Virus record (IMG/VR): IMGVR_UViG_3300019487_000034
Coordinates: 1 to 61,068 of that record
Source of the DNA: a virus
Taxonomy: Duplodnaviria; Caudoviricetes
Direction: 5' to 3' (one strand)
DNA length: 61,068 nucleotides
The notes under the pieces were generated by a model. It worked only from the letters and a program-made list of their open reading frames with translations, had not been told where the DNA came from and searched no databases. The translations under genes were made by a program, and so were the position numbers. Position 1 is the stretch's first letter. Every line of letters starts with the position of its first letter. Positions 17,947 through 25,366 of this stretch are shown one piece after another.

Positions 17947-18153
17947 ATGCCGATGTATACCTGGAAGGATACACGAACTGGAGTCGAAACCGAGGTGGTT
18001 CGCAGTTTCGACGAGTGGGAGCGGCCACCCGAGCGGGACGAGGTTCTGACCCTGAGTGATTCGCAATTCGAGAAGGCCGAATGGGAACGTGTCATCGGTG
18101 CACCAGGTGTTGTCAAGGGTGCGAGATGGGGCGGCGGGAAGGGCCACTGGTAG
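17947..18153 (+). CDS. FmdB-like ribbon protein (Cys-less)
   Basis: MPMYTWKD..TG...E...S...ERVIGAP. Confidence 0.5.
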   Translation: MPMYTWKDTRTGVETEVVRSFDEWERPPERDEVLTLSDSQFEKAEWERVIGAPGVVKGARWGGGKGHW

Positions 18154-18207
18154 CAGTGGGTAACTAATCGTGGCCTGCGCCCGTATAACGGACGAGGGGT
18201 ATTGGTA

Positions 18208-18408
18208 ATGTCAGACTTCAAATGTCCACAGTGTCAACATCCGCAGACTTGTCCATGTCCCTCCTGTCAATTGACGAACCCCACGGAGAAGCCCTGGATA
18301 TGTGACGGGGATTTCATATCCTGCGGGAACTGTGGCCTCAAGAGACATTGTGACTGGTGGTTAGATAGAGAATGGGAGTATTATGAATCTGTTGGGAAAC
18401 AAACGTAA
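18208..18408 (+). CDS. Cys-rich Zn-finger protein
   Basis: CPQC, CPCPSC, CGNC. Confidence 0.65.
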   Translation: MSDFKCPQCQHPQTCPCPSCQLTNPTEKPWICDGDFISCGNCGLKRHCDWWLDREWEYYESVGKQT

Positions 18409-18652
18409 GCGCACTAACACGTTCACGATCCGAGCATCGGATGGTGCGATCGGTGGTCGACTCAAACGTAATGGCGATCTAGATCTCAGCATCGACGGTC
18501 ACCTCTTCGCCACTATCCCAGGTAACCTCATCCCCGCATTGGCACACTGGCTGTCCTCTGTTAATGGGAGATTTGCTGATGTCCTCGATTCGAAACTACA
18601 AGCCAATGCTGCGATCATTCCCCTATCCTCAGGCAAGAGCCGGACAGAGTGA
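18383..18652 (+). CDS. Hypothetical protein
   Basis: GGGAG RBS. Confidence 0.55.
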   Translation: MNLLGNKRKRTNTFTIRASDGAIGGRLKRNGDLDLSIDGHLFATIPGNLIPALAHWLSSVNGRFADVLDSKLQANAAIIPLSSGKSRTE

Positions 18653-20036
18653 ACTCCTCAGAACCCTGGAGCGACTCTGGAATCAGTTCGACGTATTCAT
18701 AATTTGTGCGCCCACGGCCTTCGGGAAGAGTGCCGTATCCCGGACAATTCAGGAGTGGGCCTACTCGGCCTCACTCATTACTCCGACTAATCTACTGGTC
18801 AATCAGTTTCTCACGGAGTTCCCCGAATGTCCCACACTCCACAGACTGGACTCCTACTCTTGCGAGGAGTGGCAAACCAACTGTGCTGAACATCGTGGAA
18901 AGGCTGGAGGATTCTGTCGTGGATGTCCCGCTGCGGCTGACCTAGCCAGAGCCAAGTATCGTCGGGGTCCCGGAATGTACAATTATCACATATATCTAGC
19001 CCATAAGCTCCAACGTCCCACTCTCATTGTGGATGAGGCGCACAATCTAGTTCCCACGCTACAAGACCTGCTCTCCGGTCGTATCTGGATTCACGACTAC
19101 CCGGAGTTGAGTGCGCCACCAGGTACCTCCCATTCAGAGATTCTCCATAGATTGGATAAACTTCCTCCCCATAAGAGGAAACATGTTAAGATTCAGTTAT
19201 TACATGAAGCACTGACCTCGAAGATTCCACACTATGTGATTCAGTACACGACGGATTCATTCAACGGGAAGGGCACGAAGCGTGGAGAACCGGAGGATCG
19301 ACCCTGCATTAAGCTCTACCCAGTAGATATTGGGGATTCATTCGATCTATTCACCAGGGGTGAAACGCAGAAGGTAATACTGATGTCTGCTACCATCGGT
19401 CCCGTCGATGTTACTGAGTTGGGGTTGCAGCGCAAGCGTGTGTGCTACCTCCAGGCGGCTCACCCGATCGCCCCCGATCGCCGTCCCGTACAGTTACTGT
19501 CAATTGAGGACTTGAACCATGAGAATCTTGAGGCTAGTGGCCCTCGATTAGCAGAAGAGATAATCAATATTGCTAACTACCATGCAGGGGAGAAGGGTGT
19601 AATTCACTGCACATATCAACTATCTACCATGTTATCGGAGCATCTAACAGATGTACGATACATCTTCCACGATCGTGAAAACAAGCGAGAACAATACCAG
19701 AAATTCAGAGACCTGGCACCAGAGAGTGGCGCAGTATTGGTTGCCAGTGGTATGTATGAGGGTATTGACCTACCTGACGATCTCGGTAGATGGCAGGTAA
19801 TCGCCAAGGTTCCCTGGCTTAGTCTGGCTGATCCTGCCATTAGATACAAGGCGGATCGGGAACCTGATTATTACAGATGGAGCACCCTGAAGCACCTGAT
19901 CCAGGCCTGTGGACGCATCTGCAGACACGAGGAAGATTATGGAGTTACGTACGTTTTAGATGGAAGCGTGAACCGCCTGTTAGCAGGAAGTGCTCACCTC
20001 TTACCTTCATGGTTCAGTGATGCAATTGTCGAATAG
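18579..20036 (+). CDS. DinG/XPD-like SF2 helicase
   Basis: APTAFGKS, four-Cys cluster, DEAH, MSAT, EGIDL, QACGRICRHEEDYG. Confidence 0.88.
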   Translation: MSSIRNYKPMLRSFPYPQARAGQSELLRTLERLWNQFDVFIICAPTAFGKSAVSRTIQEWAYSASLITPTNLLVNQFLTEFPECPTLHRLDSYSCEEWQTNCAEHRGKAGGFCRGCPAAADLARAKYRRGPGMYNYHIYLAHKLQRPTLIVDEAHNLVPTLQDLLSGRIWIHDYPELSAPPGTSHSEILHRLDKLPPHKRKHVKIQLLHEALTSKIPHYVIQYTTDSFNGKGTKRGEPEDRPCIKLYPVDIGDSFDLFTRGETQKVILMSATIGPVDVTELGLQRKRVCYLQAAHPIAPDRRPVQLLSIEDLNHENLEASGPRLAEEIINIANYHAGEKGVIHCTYQLSTMLSEHLTDVRYIFHDRENKREQYQKFRDLAPESGAVLVASGMYEGIDLPDDLGRWQVIAKVPWLSLADPAIRYKADREPDYYRWSTLKHLIQACGRICRHEEDYGVTYVLDGSVNRLLAGSAHLLPSWFSDAIVE

Positions 20037-20068
20037 ATCGGGAGGGTTCGCCAGCATCCAAAACGATC

Positions 20069-20098
20069 TTGACGGATCTGTCGAACGTCTGATAGATT
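20069..20098 (+). promoter_or_regulatory. Sigma70-type promoter
   Basis: TTGACG-N18-TAGATT with extended TG; followed by a multi-hairpin leader. Confidence 0.5.
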
Positions 20099-20181
20099 CA
20101 TCTCACCATCTCATTCCGGGATGGTTTGCCGAGGCAATCAATGCGGGATGATGAGCCGCTACTGACAAGGGGAACTCTTCT

Positions 20182-20688
20182 ATGCCTTCTTGGAATATCA
20201 TTACTGCTGGTACCGGGTGGGGTACTGGTGACGCTGATTGCCCTGTTATGTCAGAAACTCCACTATTGGTGGACCACCCGATTGTGAATACTGGTACCCA
20301 GGTGAATGCCACTACGGCAACTATTCAGCAGGCACTGACCGCAGGTCCAGCACTTAAGTTTGATACTGCTAAGGTGAGGCTCGAGCTTCTCTCTGTACCC
20401 GCTATGGAGGCTATTGCCGAAGTGATGACCTTCGGTGCCCGCAAGTATGCAGCTCACAACTGGCGCAAGGGATTCGAGTGGTCTCGCCTATTCGGTGCAC
20501 TACTCCGGCACACGTTCGCCGCAATGAGGGGCGAGGACCGAGACCCGGAGTCCGGTCTCCTCCATCTGGCTCATGCCGGTTGCTGTGTCATGTTCCTATT
20601 GGAGCATGTCCTCTGCAAGCTGGGTACGGATGACCGGTATAAGTCGATTGTCGTCGAGACAATCCCGAACGAAGTGAGGGGGAAGTGA
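20182..20688 (+). CDS. DUF5664 dATP/dGTP diphosphohydrolase-like protein
   Basis: KFDTAK, FGARKYAAHNWRKG, ALLRH, DPESGLLHLAHA. Confidence 0.85.
   Translation: MPSWNIITAGTGWGTGDADCPVMSETPLLVDHPIVNTGTQVNATTATIQQALTAGPALKFDTAKVRLELLSVPAMEAIAEVMTFGARKYAAHNWRKGFEWSRLFGALLRHTFAAMRGEDRDPESGLLHLAHAGCCVMFLLEHVLCKLGTDDRYKSIVVETIPNEVRGK
20646..20680 (+). repeat. Two-hairpin element copy C
   Basis: GATTGTC-GTCGA-GACAATC then CC-GAACGAAGTGA-GG, inside the 3' end of a CDS. Confidence 0.75.
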
Positions 20689-21032
20689 ACCTCATCAGTA
20701 TTGACATTCAATGCGGAGTCTGCGAACATGTTTTCGACGATCTGGTCCAACGTCCTCCGGCGGATTTCGGGATTCCTGCGTATGTCTGCACCGCCTGCGG
20801 CTCCGAGGCGTATCGTATTCCTTCTGCGCCGAGGGTACTCCGAGCCTCTCATCCCGATGGATACTCCCGAGGACCCGGATACCAGTCAATGAAGGAAGCT
20901 GCAAAGCTCAGGGCCGCACGTGCCAACCTACCGAACACGGATGCTGCTCGGGCAGATATTAATTCTGAGATTCGGAAGGTGGAGAAGGCAGCCGGTCGTG
21001 GCTATGTGAAGAAAGAGAAGGGACAGAAATGA
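20685..21032 (+). CDS. FmdB-like Zn-ribbon protein
   Basis: CGVCEHVF...CTACGS...RIPSAP. Confidence 0.7.
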   Translation: MNLISIDIQCGVCEHVFDDLVQRPPADFGIPAYVCTACGSEAYRIPSAPRVLRASHPDGYSRGPGYQSMKEAAKLRAARANLPNTDAARADINSEIRKVEKAAGRGYVKKEKGQK

Positions 21033-21274
21033 ATAATGTCAAGCAGGCACTACTCGAGTTAGTCAATTTACAGAAGCAGCGAATCGTTCAGCTGGAGAGC
21101 CAGGTACGCCACATGGCCCGGGATCTATGTCACACTCAAGACCCCACCTACTATTCTGCATTTGCTTCTGAGATCGGAGATGTGATACGTATTAGGGGAG
21201 AGGACTGGAAACTCCTCAGTAAGAATCGCAATGAGTGTACTATCACATTGAAACTGATCGAGTCTAAACAGTAA
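21029..21274 (+). CDS. Hypothetical protein
   Basis: ATGA overlap. Confidence 0.6.
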   Translation: MNNVKQALLELVNLQKQRIVQLESQVRHMARDLCHTQDPTYYSAFASEIGDVIRIRGEDWKLLSKNRNECTITLKLIESKQ

Positions 21275-21278
21275 CAGT

Positions 21279-21316
21279 GCTCGCCGTCGAGGCGAGTCCC
21301 AGCGAACGGAGTGAGC
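21279..21316 (+). repeat. Two-hairpin element copy D
   Basis: GCTCGCC-GTCGA-GGCGAGT ccca GC-GAACGGAGTGA-GC. Confidence 0.75.
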
Positions 21317-21319
21317 GGT

Positions 21320-21595
21320 ATGAATGATGGATACCTTGCTAGACTGAAGCTTGTGGAACAACAGATCACTGTGATGCGCTCCGATATGAACAAGGCGCTC
21401 AATGAGGTCATGGACACAATAACCAAGATGATGACCGCCCATCGCATGTTCCAGATCTACATCGATGAGAACCTGAGGGAACTTCGGGATAAGGCAGGAC
21501 TCTCAGGTTCGCTTCTCACAGATGGTCTCGCCTCGACCGAGGATACGTCATCGATGGCGCCCTCGACGGGCGATGTCGGAGGCAAGGAGTTATGA
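21320..21595 (+). CDS. Coiled-coil hypothetical protein
   Basis: ATG after GGAGTGAG. Confidence 0.6.
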   Translation: MNDGYLARLKLVEQQITVMRSDMNKALNEVMDTITKMMTAHRMFQIYIDENLRELRDKAGLSGSLLTDGLASTEDTSSMAPSTGDVGGKEL

Positions 21596-22128
21596 TCCCC
21601 GAATTTGGTCGGGTCATGATTGGCTGGTATATCCTGTTCCTCCTCCTACTTGTCACCACTGGCTGTGGCTATGATGAGTGGAGAGAGACCGACTGTTACG
21701 ATGGCTGTGAACCCCCGGAGGAATATCCAGATGACCAAGATAGCGAAACCCGCAGTGTTACTGTGGTCGGACCTGCAGGGCCTACGGGTCCGACTGGACC
21801 GAGTGGTAAAAGGGGGCGGACCGGGGATCCAGGAGTTGCTGGCAAACCTGGACGAGATGGAACTGATGGTGCTCCGGGGACAGCTGGTGCAGATGGTCAG
21901 CCAGGTCCAGTGGGTACTCCAGGCGCACAGGGCGAGGAAGGGCCCGTAGGGCCGACTGGTGAGGAAGGGCCGGTGGGGGATACGGGGCCACAGGGCGAGG
22001 AGGGTGGTAGCTGCACTACGTATTACATCAATGGAAATCAGGACTGCGGTGTGGTGATCGAGTGCGAGGATGGAACACTGACAGAGATTCCCGGTAAGAA
22101 GTATAATAGGCCAATCTGTGCACACTGA
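21592..22128 (+). CDS. Collagen-like (Gly-X-Y) putative lipoprotein
   Basis: Hydrophobic N-terminus with TTGC; more than 25 contiguous GXY triplets; Cys-rich C-terminus. Confidence 0.8.
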   Translation: MIPEFGRVMIGWYILFLLLLVTTGCGYDEWRETDCYDGCEPPEEYPDDQDSETRSVTVVGPAGPTGPTGPSGKRGRTGDPGVAGKPGRDGTDGAPGTAGADGQPGPVGTPGAQGEEGPVGPTGEEGPVGDTGPQGEEGGSCTTYYINGNQDCGVVIECEDGTLTEIPGKKYNRPICAH

Positions 22129-22144
22129 CCAACGAGGAGATAAC

Positions 22145-22354
22145 ATGTTCATTCAACTAACAGATACCGATGGTACTCAGCTTTGGGTCAATGTAGAACA
22201 TGTCACCGCTTTCTTTCGACACGACAGTAATAAGGGAACGGAGCTGAAATGTCTCTCAGATAGAATGGTAATCGCAACAGAAGATCCATATACAGTACTG
22301 GCTCGCATTCGAGAACAAGAGAATCAGCGGGCCCGGGACTATACCAGAGGCTAG
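22145..22354 (+). CDS. Hypothetical protein (FlbD-like pattern)
   Basis: MFIQLT...WVNVEHV...ATEDP..V...I; GAGGAG RBS. Confidence 0.55.
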   Translation: MFIQLTDTDGTQLWVNVEHVTAFFRHDSNKGTELKCLSDRMVIATEDPYTVLARIREQENQRARDYTRG

Positions 22355-22364
22355 TGAGGTCAGT

Positions 22365-23051
22365 ATGAACTGGAATGAACTTCTAGGCGAGGATTGGTGG
22401 TGGCATGCTGCTATTCTGGCAAATAAACTTGCTGGACAACCAAGTAAACCACGAACGGATGTATACCCCGAACGACTCAACGTGTTCGCCGCATTCGATG
22501 AGGTTGAACCCAATGATGTCCGAGTAATTATTCTCGGCCAAGATCCCTATCACAGCGTGGGAAAAGCCCGGGGCGTAGCATTCGGATATCACCCGGGCTA
22601 CACGGGATCTGTTAACAGTTCATTGGCTAACATCATTCTAGAAGCGGGAGGGGACCCTACTCACTTCGACAAGACACTCCGTAACTGGACCCAACAGGGA
22701 GTCCTGCTACTCAACACCCGGTTAACTGTTCCCCATGAGCAGCCCATGGGCCACGCAGGACTGGGCTGGGAAGAGATGGTATCAGAGGCTCTCGAGGTAG
22801 TCGTCAAGCGGGGCCAACCCCCAATACTGGCCTGGGGTGCCGAAGCCCGTAAGATGGCAGCACGAACGTCCGCATGGACAGTTATTGACACGAGCCACCC
22901 TTGCAGGTATAGTGCTTCCAGGGGGAACAAGCCGTTCCTCGGTAGCAATTGCTTCGAACGAGTGAATGAGGCCCTAGTGGCACAGGGTGACGAACCGATT
23001 AACTGGGCCTGTTCTGGACCCTCGGGGGTCGGAGGTATTAATAACACATGA
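22365..23051 (+). CDS. ung: Uracil-DNA glycosylase, family 1
   Basis: ILGQDPYH, GVAF, SLANI, QGVLLLNTRLTV, GWE, AWG, SHP. Confidence 0.9.
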   Translation: MNWNELLGEDWWWHAAILANKLAGQPSKPRTDVYPERLNVFAAFDEVEPNDVRVIILGQDPYHSVGKARGVAFGYHPGYTGSVNSSLANIILEAGGDPTHFDKTLRNWTQQGVLLLNTRLTVPHEQPMGHAGLGWEEMVSEALEVVVKRGQPPILAWGAEARKMAARTSAWTVIDTSHPCRYSASRGNKPFLGSNCFERVNEALVAQGDEPINWACSGPSGVGGINNT

Positions 23052-23119
23052 GTGACTTCCAGGTGTACATGGTCTGCATTACAGTTATGCTGGGAATATT
23101 CTTCTGGGGGATTAAATAA
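23048..23119 (+). CDS. Very small membrane peptide (23 aa)
   Basis: MSDFQVYMVCITVMLGIFFWGIK; GGAGG upstream; ATGA overlap. Confidence 0.4.
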   Translation: MSDFQVYMVCITVMLGIFFWGIK

Positions 23120-23153
23120 TGGCAAACCCAACTACGGAATGTGGAGAAGTAAC

Positions 23154-23567
23154 ATGGCAGACGTAACATTCCTGAACCTGCTGCGGGGCAATCGCATCTC
23201 CGGGTTCCTCCGGCTGAAGATGTCCCCCGGTGTCGCATACCGCATGGCCACCGACTACACGTATGCCGAAGTGGCCCTGAACAATGTTCAGAACATGGAG
23301 GGCGAGAACCTGGCCATGTCAGCGGAGTTGAAGATCCAACGAAACCAGCAGGTGGAACTGGTAGCCCCGTGCAGCCTGCAGCCTATTGCGGGCCACAAGG
23401 CACTCATAGTCGCCAATCCCGCACTGTTCCGGTACGCCTCGGTACCGCCGATGCTTCTCGTGGATTCACTACAGCAACCGGCTGAGGTAGTGATCCCGGC
23501 GAAGTTCCACCGTGACATGGCAATATCGGAATTAGACTGGCTCTGCAGGATATACTTGATTAACTGA
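23154..23567 (+). CDS. Hypothetical beta-rich protein
   Basis: GGAG RBS before ATG 23154. Confidence 0.65.
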   Translation: MADVTFLNLLRGNRISGFLRLKMSPGVAYRMATDYTYAEVALNNVQNMEGENLAMSAELKIQRNQQVELVAPCSLQPIAGHKALIVANPALFRYASVPPMLLVDSLQQPAEVVIPAKFHRDMAISELDWLCRIYLIN

Positions 23568-23580
23568 ATTGGAGTTGAGT

Positions 23581-23790
23581 ATGGAACTAGACATTCAGAA
23601 GCTTGCTGAGGATCTGATTGCCCGGACCCAGCGGCAATCCCGAGTCTATGGGGAACAGTCGGATAGGCTGAAGTGGGTAGCCGAGGGTATGCGGGAACTG
23701 CATGAGGCTATTCGCCGAGCAGCAGCCCAGTTGGCCACCGAGGAGTTTGCAGATAAACTAGTACCCAGTGGAGATGGCGATGCCGACTGA
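23581..23790 (+). CDS. Hypothetical protein
   Basis: GGAG RBS. Confidence 0.6.
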   Translation: MELDIQKLAEDLIARTQRQSRVYGEQSDRLKWVAEGMRELHEAIRRAAAQLATEEFADKLVPSGDGDAD

Positions 23791-24031
23791 GGACAGGCCC
23801 AATGTCTTCGCAATCCAGGCGAAGAGGACTCAGTCCAATCTGCGGGTGCGGAGGGGAATGTTATCCCCCGAGGAAAGGATAGCGGAACTGGAAGCGGACG
23901 TGGATAAGCTTATAACTACACTCCTCCAGCAGCAGAAGCAACTGGAGGAGATGGAGGATCGTCAGTGGAAGTTACTGAGGCTCATCGGGAAGAGGCTGGG
24001 GATTTCCGCTTCGAAGAGGCGGGCCGAGTAA
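23780..24031 (+). CDS. Coiled-coil hypothetical protein (last gene of + arm)
   Basis: Heptad pattern; overlaps convergent gene. Confidence 0.6.
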   Translation: MPTEDRPNVFAIQAKRTQSNLRVRRGMLSPEERIAELEADVDKLITTLLQQQKQLEEMEDRQWKLLRLIGKRLGISASKRRAE

Positions 24032-24350
24032 ACTTCCGTCTACGTTCGAACTCTTCCGGCGACAGCGGCACCATGCCCTCCGAGGACATACCCGTAGGTC
24101 CCGGGCGCATCCCGCCACTCGATGCCCCATAGGCAGCCGCAGACACAGGATTCATATTTGCTCGATTCAGCAAACGTTGCTCCTCACGAGACTGAGTCTG
24201 CTCCTCGAAATTCTCCTGCCGCTCCTGTTCCTCGGGAGGTAGCTCCTCTCCTGTCCACTTATCTGAATACCGAGTGTTCGGCATCCCCTCCGCCCTGAGG
24301 CGGTCGAGAACGGATAAAGTCTGTTTGCGTTTCTGTGTTTCCGTGGGCAT
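23982..24350 (-). CDS. Hypothetical protein (last gene of - arm)
   Basis: MPTETQKRK start follows upstream stop. Confidence 0.6.
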   Translation of the reverse strand: MPTETQKRKQTLSVLDRLRAEGMPNTRYSDKWTGEELPPEEQERQENFEEQTQSREEQRLLNRANMNPVSAAAYGASSGGMRPGPTGMSSEGMVPLSPEEFERRRKFTRPASSKRKSPASSR

Positions 24351-24351
24351 G

Positions 24352-24480
24352 TTATTTCTTCCCCTTACCTGCCTCATTATAGGCTATAGCAGCCGCCTGC
24401 TTCTTCGGATATCCCTTGGCAATCAGGTGACCAATGTTGGACCCGATAGCCTCATCCGATTTCCCTTTACGTAATGGCAT
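24352..24480 (-). CDS. Small basic phage protein (42 aa)
   Basis: MPLRKGKSDEAIGSNIGHLIAKGYPKKQAAAIAYNEAGKGKK resembles a recurrent MPLKKG..QAxAIA phage microprotein. Confidence 0.7.
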   Translation of the reverse strand: MPLRKGKSDEAIGSNIGHLIAKGYPKKQAAAIAYNEAGKGKK

Positions 24481-24481
24481 A

Positions 24482-24655
24482 TCAATATCCCTCACGTTTC
24501 GGCGGTGGCGCCGAACGCTTGCGAAGCTTATCTATTCCCGAAGAGATCTTCGAAGCGAAACTGGACTCCTCTCCATCCTCCTCTTCCCTCTCCTCGGGTT
24601 TCTTCCTGAATGCCTTGCGCATCGCATCGGCTTGCTTACTATACTGATCTGCCAT
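24482..24655 (-). CDS. Small charged protein (57 aa)
   Basis: AGGAG RBS; MADQYSKQADAMRKAF... Confidence 0.6.
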   Translation of the reverse strand: MADQYSKQADAMRKAFRKKPEEREEEDGEESSFASKISSGIDKLRKRSAPPPKREGY

Positions 24656-24707
24656 TTCAGAAATCTCCTATTATATTTCTACCGATATTCTAGATCCCGA
24701 AGCGGGA

Positions 24708-25157
24708 TTAGAAGTCTACACGCACAGCTAACAGTGCAGCTCTATTGCCGAAATCGTACCCACCGCCTGCCCACAGGTTCGTGTCACCAACCCGGTGGTA
24801 CAATACTCCAGACCAATTGATTCTGGGTCGTATTGATTGATCAGACCAACTCTCCGGTTTGACGGCTGCTATTGCCTCGGCCGACCACTTCGGTCTCACT
24901 ACTGGCGTGGGCTTACTCGTGTTGGTATTGGTATCGGCAGTAGTCTCCGTGGTGACTTCCTCAACCGTACCATCCGGACGCTTGATCACCGTGACCGTAC
25001 GGGTTACTACCCGTTCCACGGTTATCGTATTGGTCACGGGAGGAGGAGGAGCCGGAGGCATTGGGCGGAATAGTGTATTTGCTTGCCAGCCGCCCCATCC
25101 TCCCAGACTGAGGATGAGTAGCACCACATAGGTTCTCCAATTAGCCAGCAGAGTCAT
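24708..25157 (-). CDS. Membrane-anchored spanin-like protein with C-terminal beta strands
   Basis: N-terminal TM, Pro/Thr-rich linker, amphipathic strands ending AVRVDF; follows holin-like gene. Confidence 0.5.
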   Translation of the reverse strand: MTLLANWRTYVVLLILSLGGWGGWQANTLFRPMPPAPPPPVTNTITVERVVTRTVTVIKRPDGTVEEVTTETTADTNTNTSKPTPVVRPKWSAEAIAAVKPESWSDQSIRPRINWSGVLYHRVGDTNLWAGGGYDFGNRAALLAVRVDF

Positions 25158-25366
25158 TACGCTTCCTCCTTGGGGGGTCGAGCTGACAATACCGCTTGTG
25201 CCGCATTTGCCCCGGCAACTGAAGTGACAATGAGGCTGATTGCCCCTGCCGTCTCCACGCCAGTCATTGCCGTTATTGCCACACAGCAACCCATGCCGAC
25301 CAGTGCAATCACCGAACGACGACACGTTACCACCTTATTGAACCCTGACCTAATTGAATTAGTCAC
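25157..25366 (-). CDS. Putative holin
   Basis: Small, two hydrophobic segments, charged C-terminus. Confidence 0.5.
   Translation of the reverse strand: MTNSIRSGFNKVVTCRRSVIALVGMGCCVAITAMTGVETAGAISLIVTSVAGANAAQAVLSARPPKEEA

Noticed and set aside
21558-21572. Minus-strand CGCCC-GTCGA-GGGCG hairpin
   Set aside because: Matches only the first half of the two-hairpin element and is on the opposite strand; may be chance
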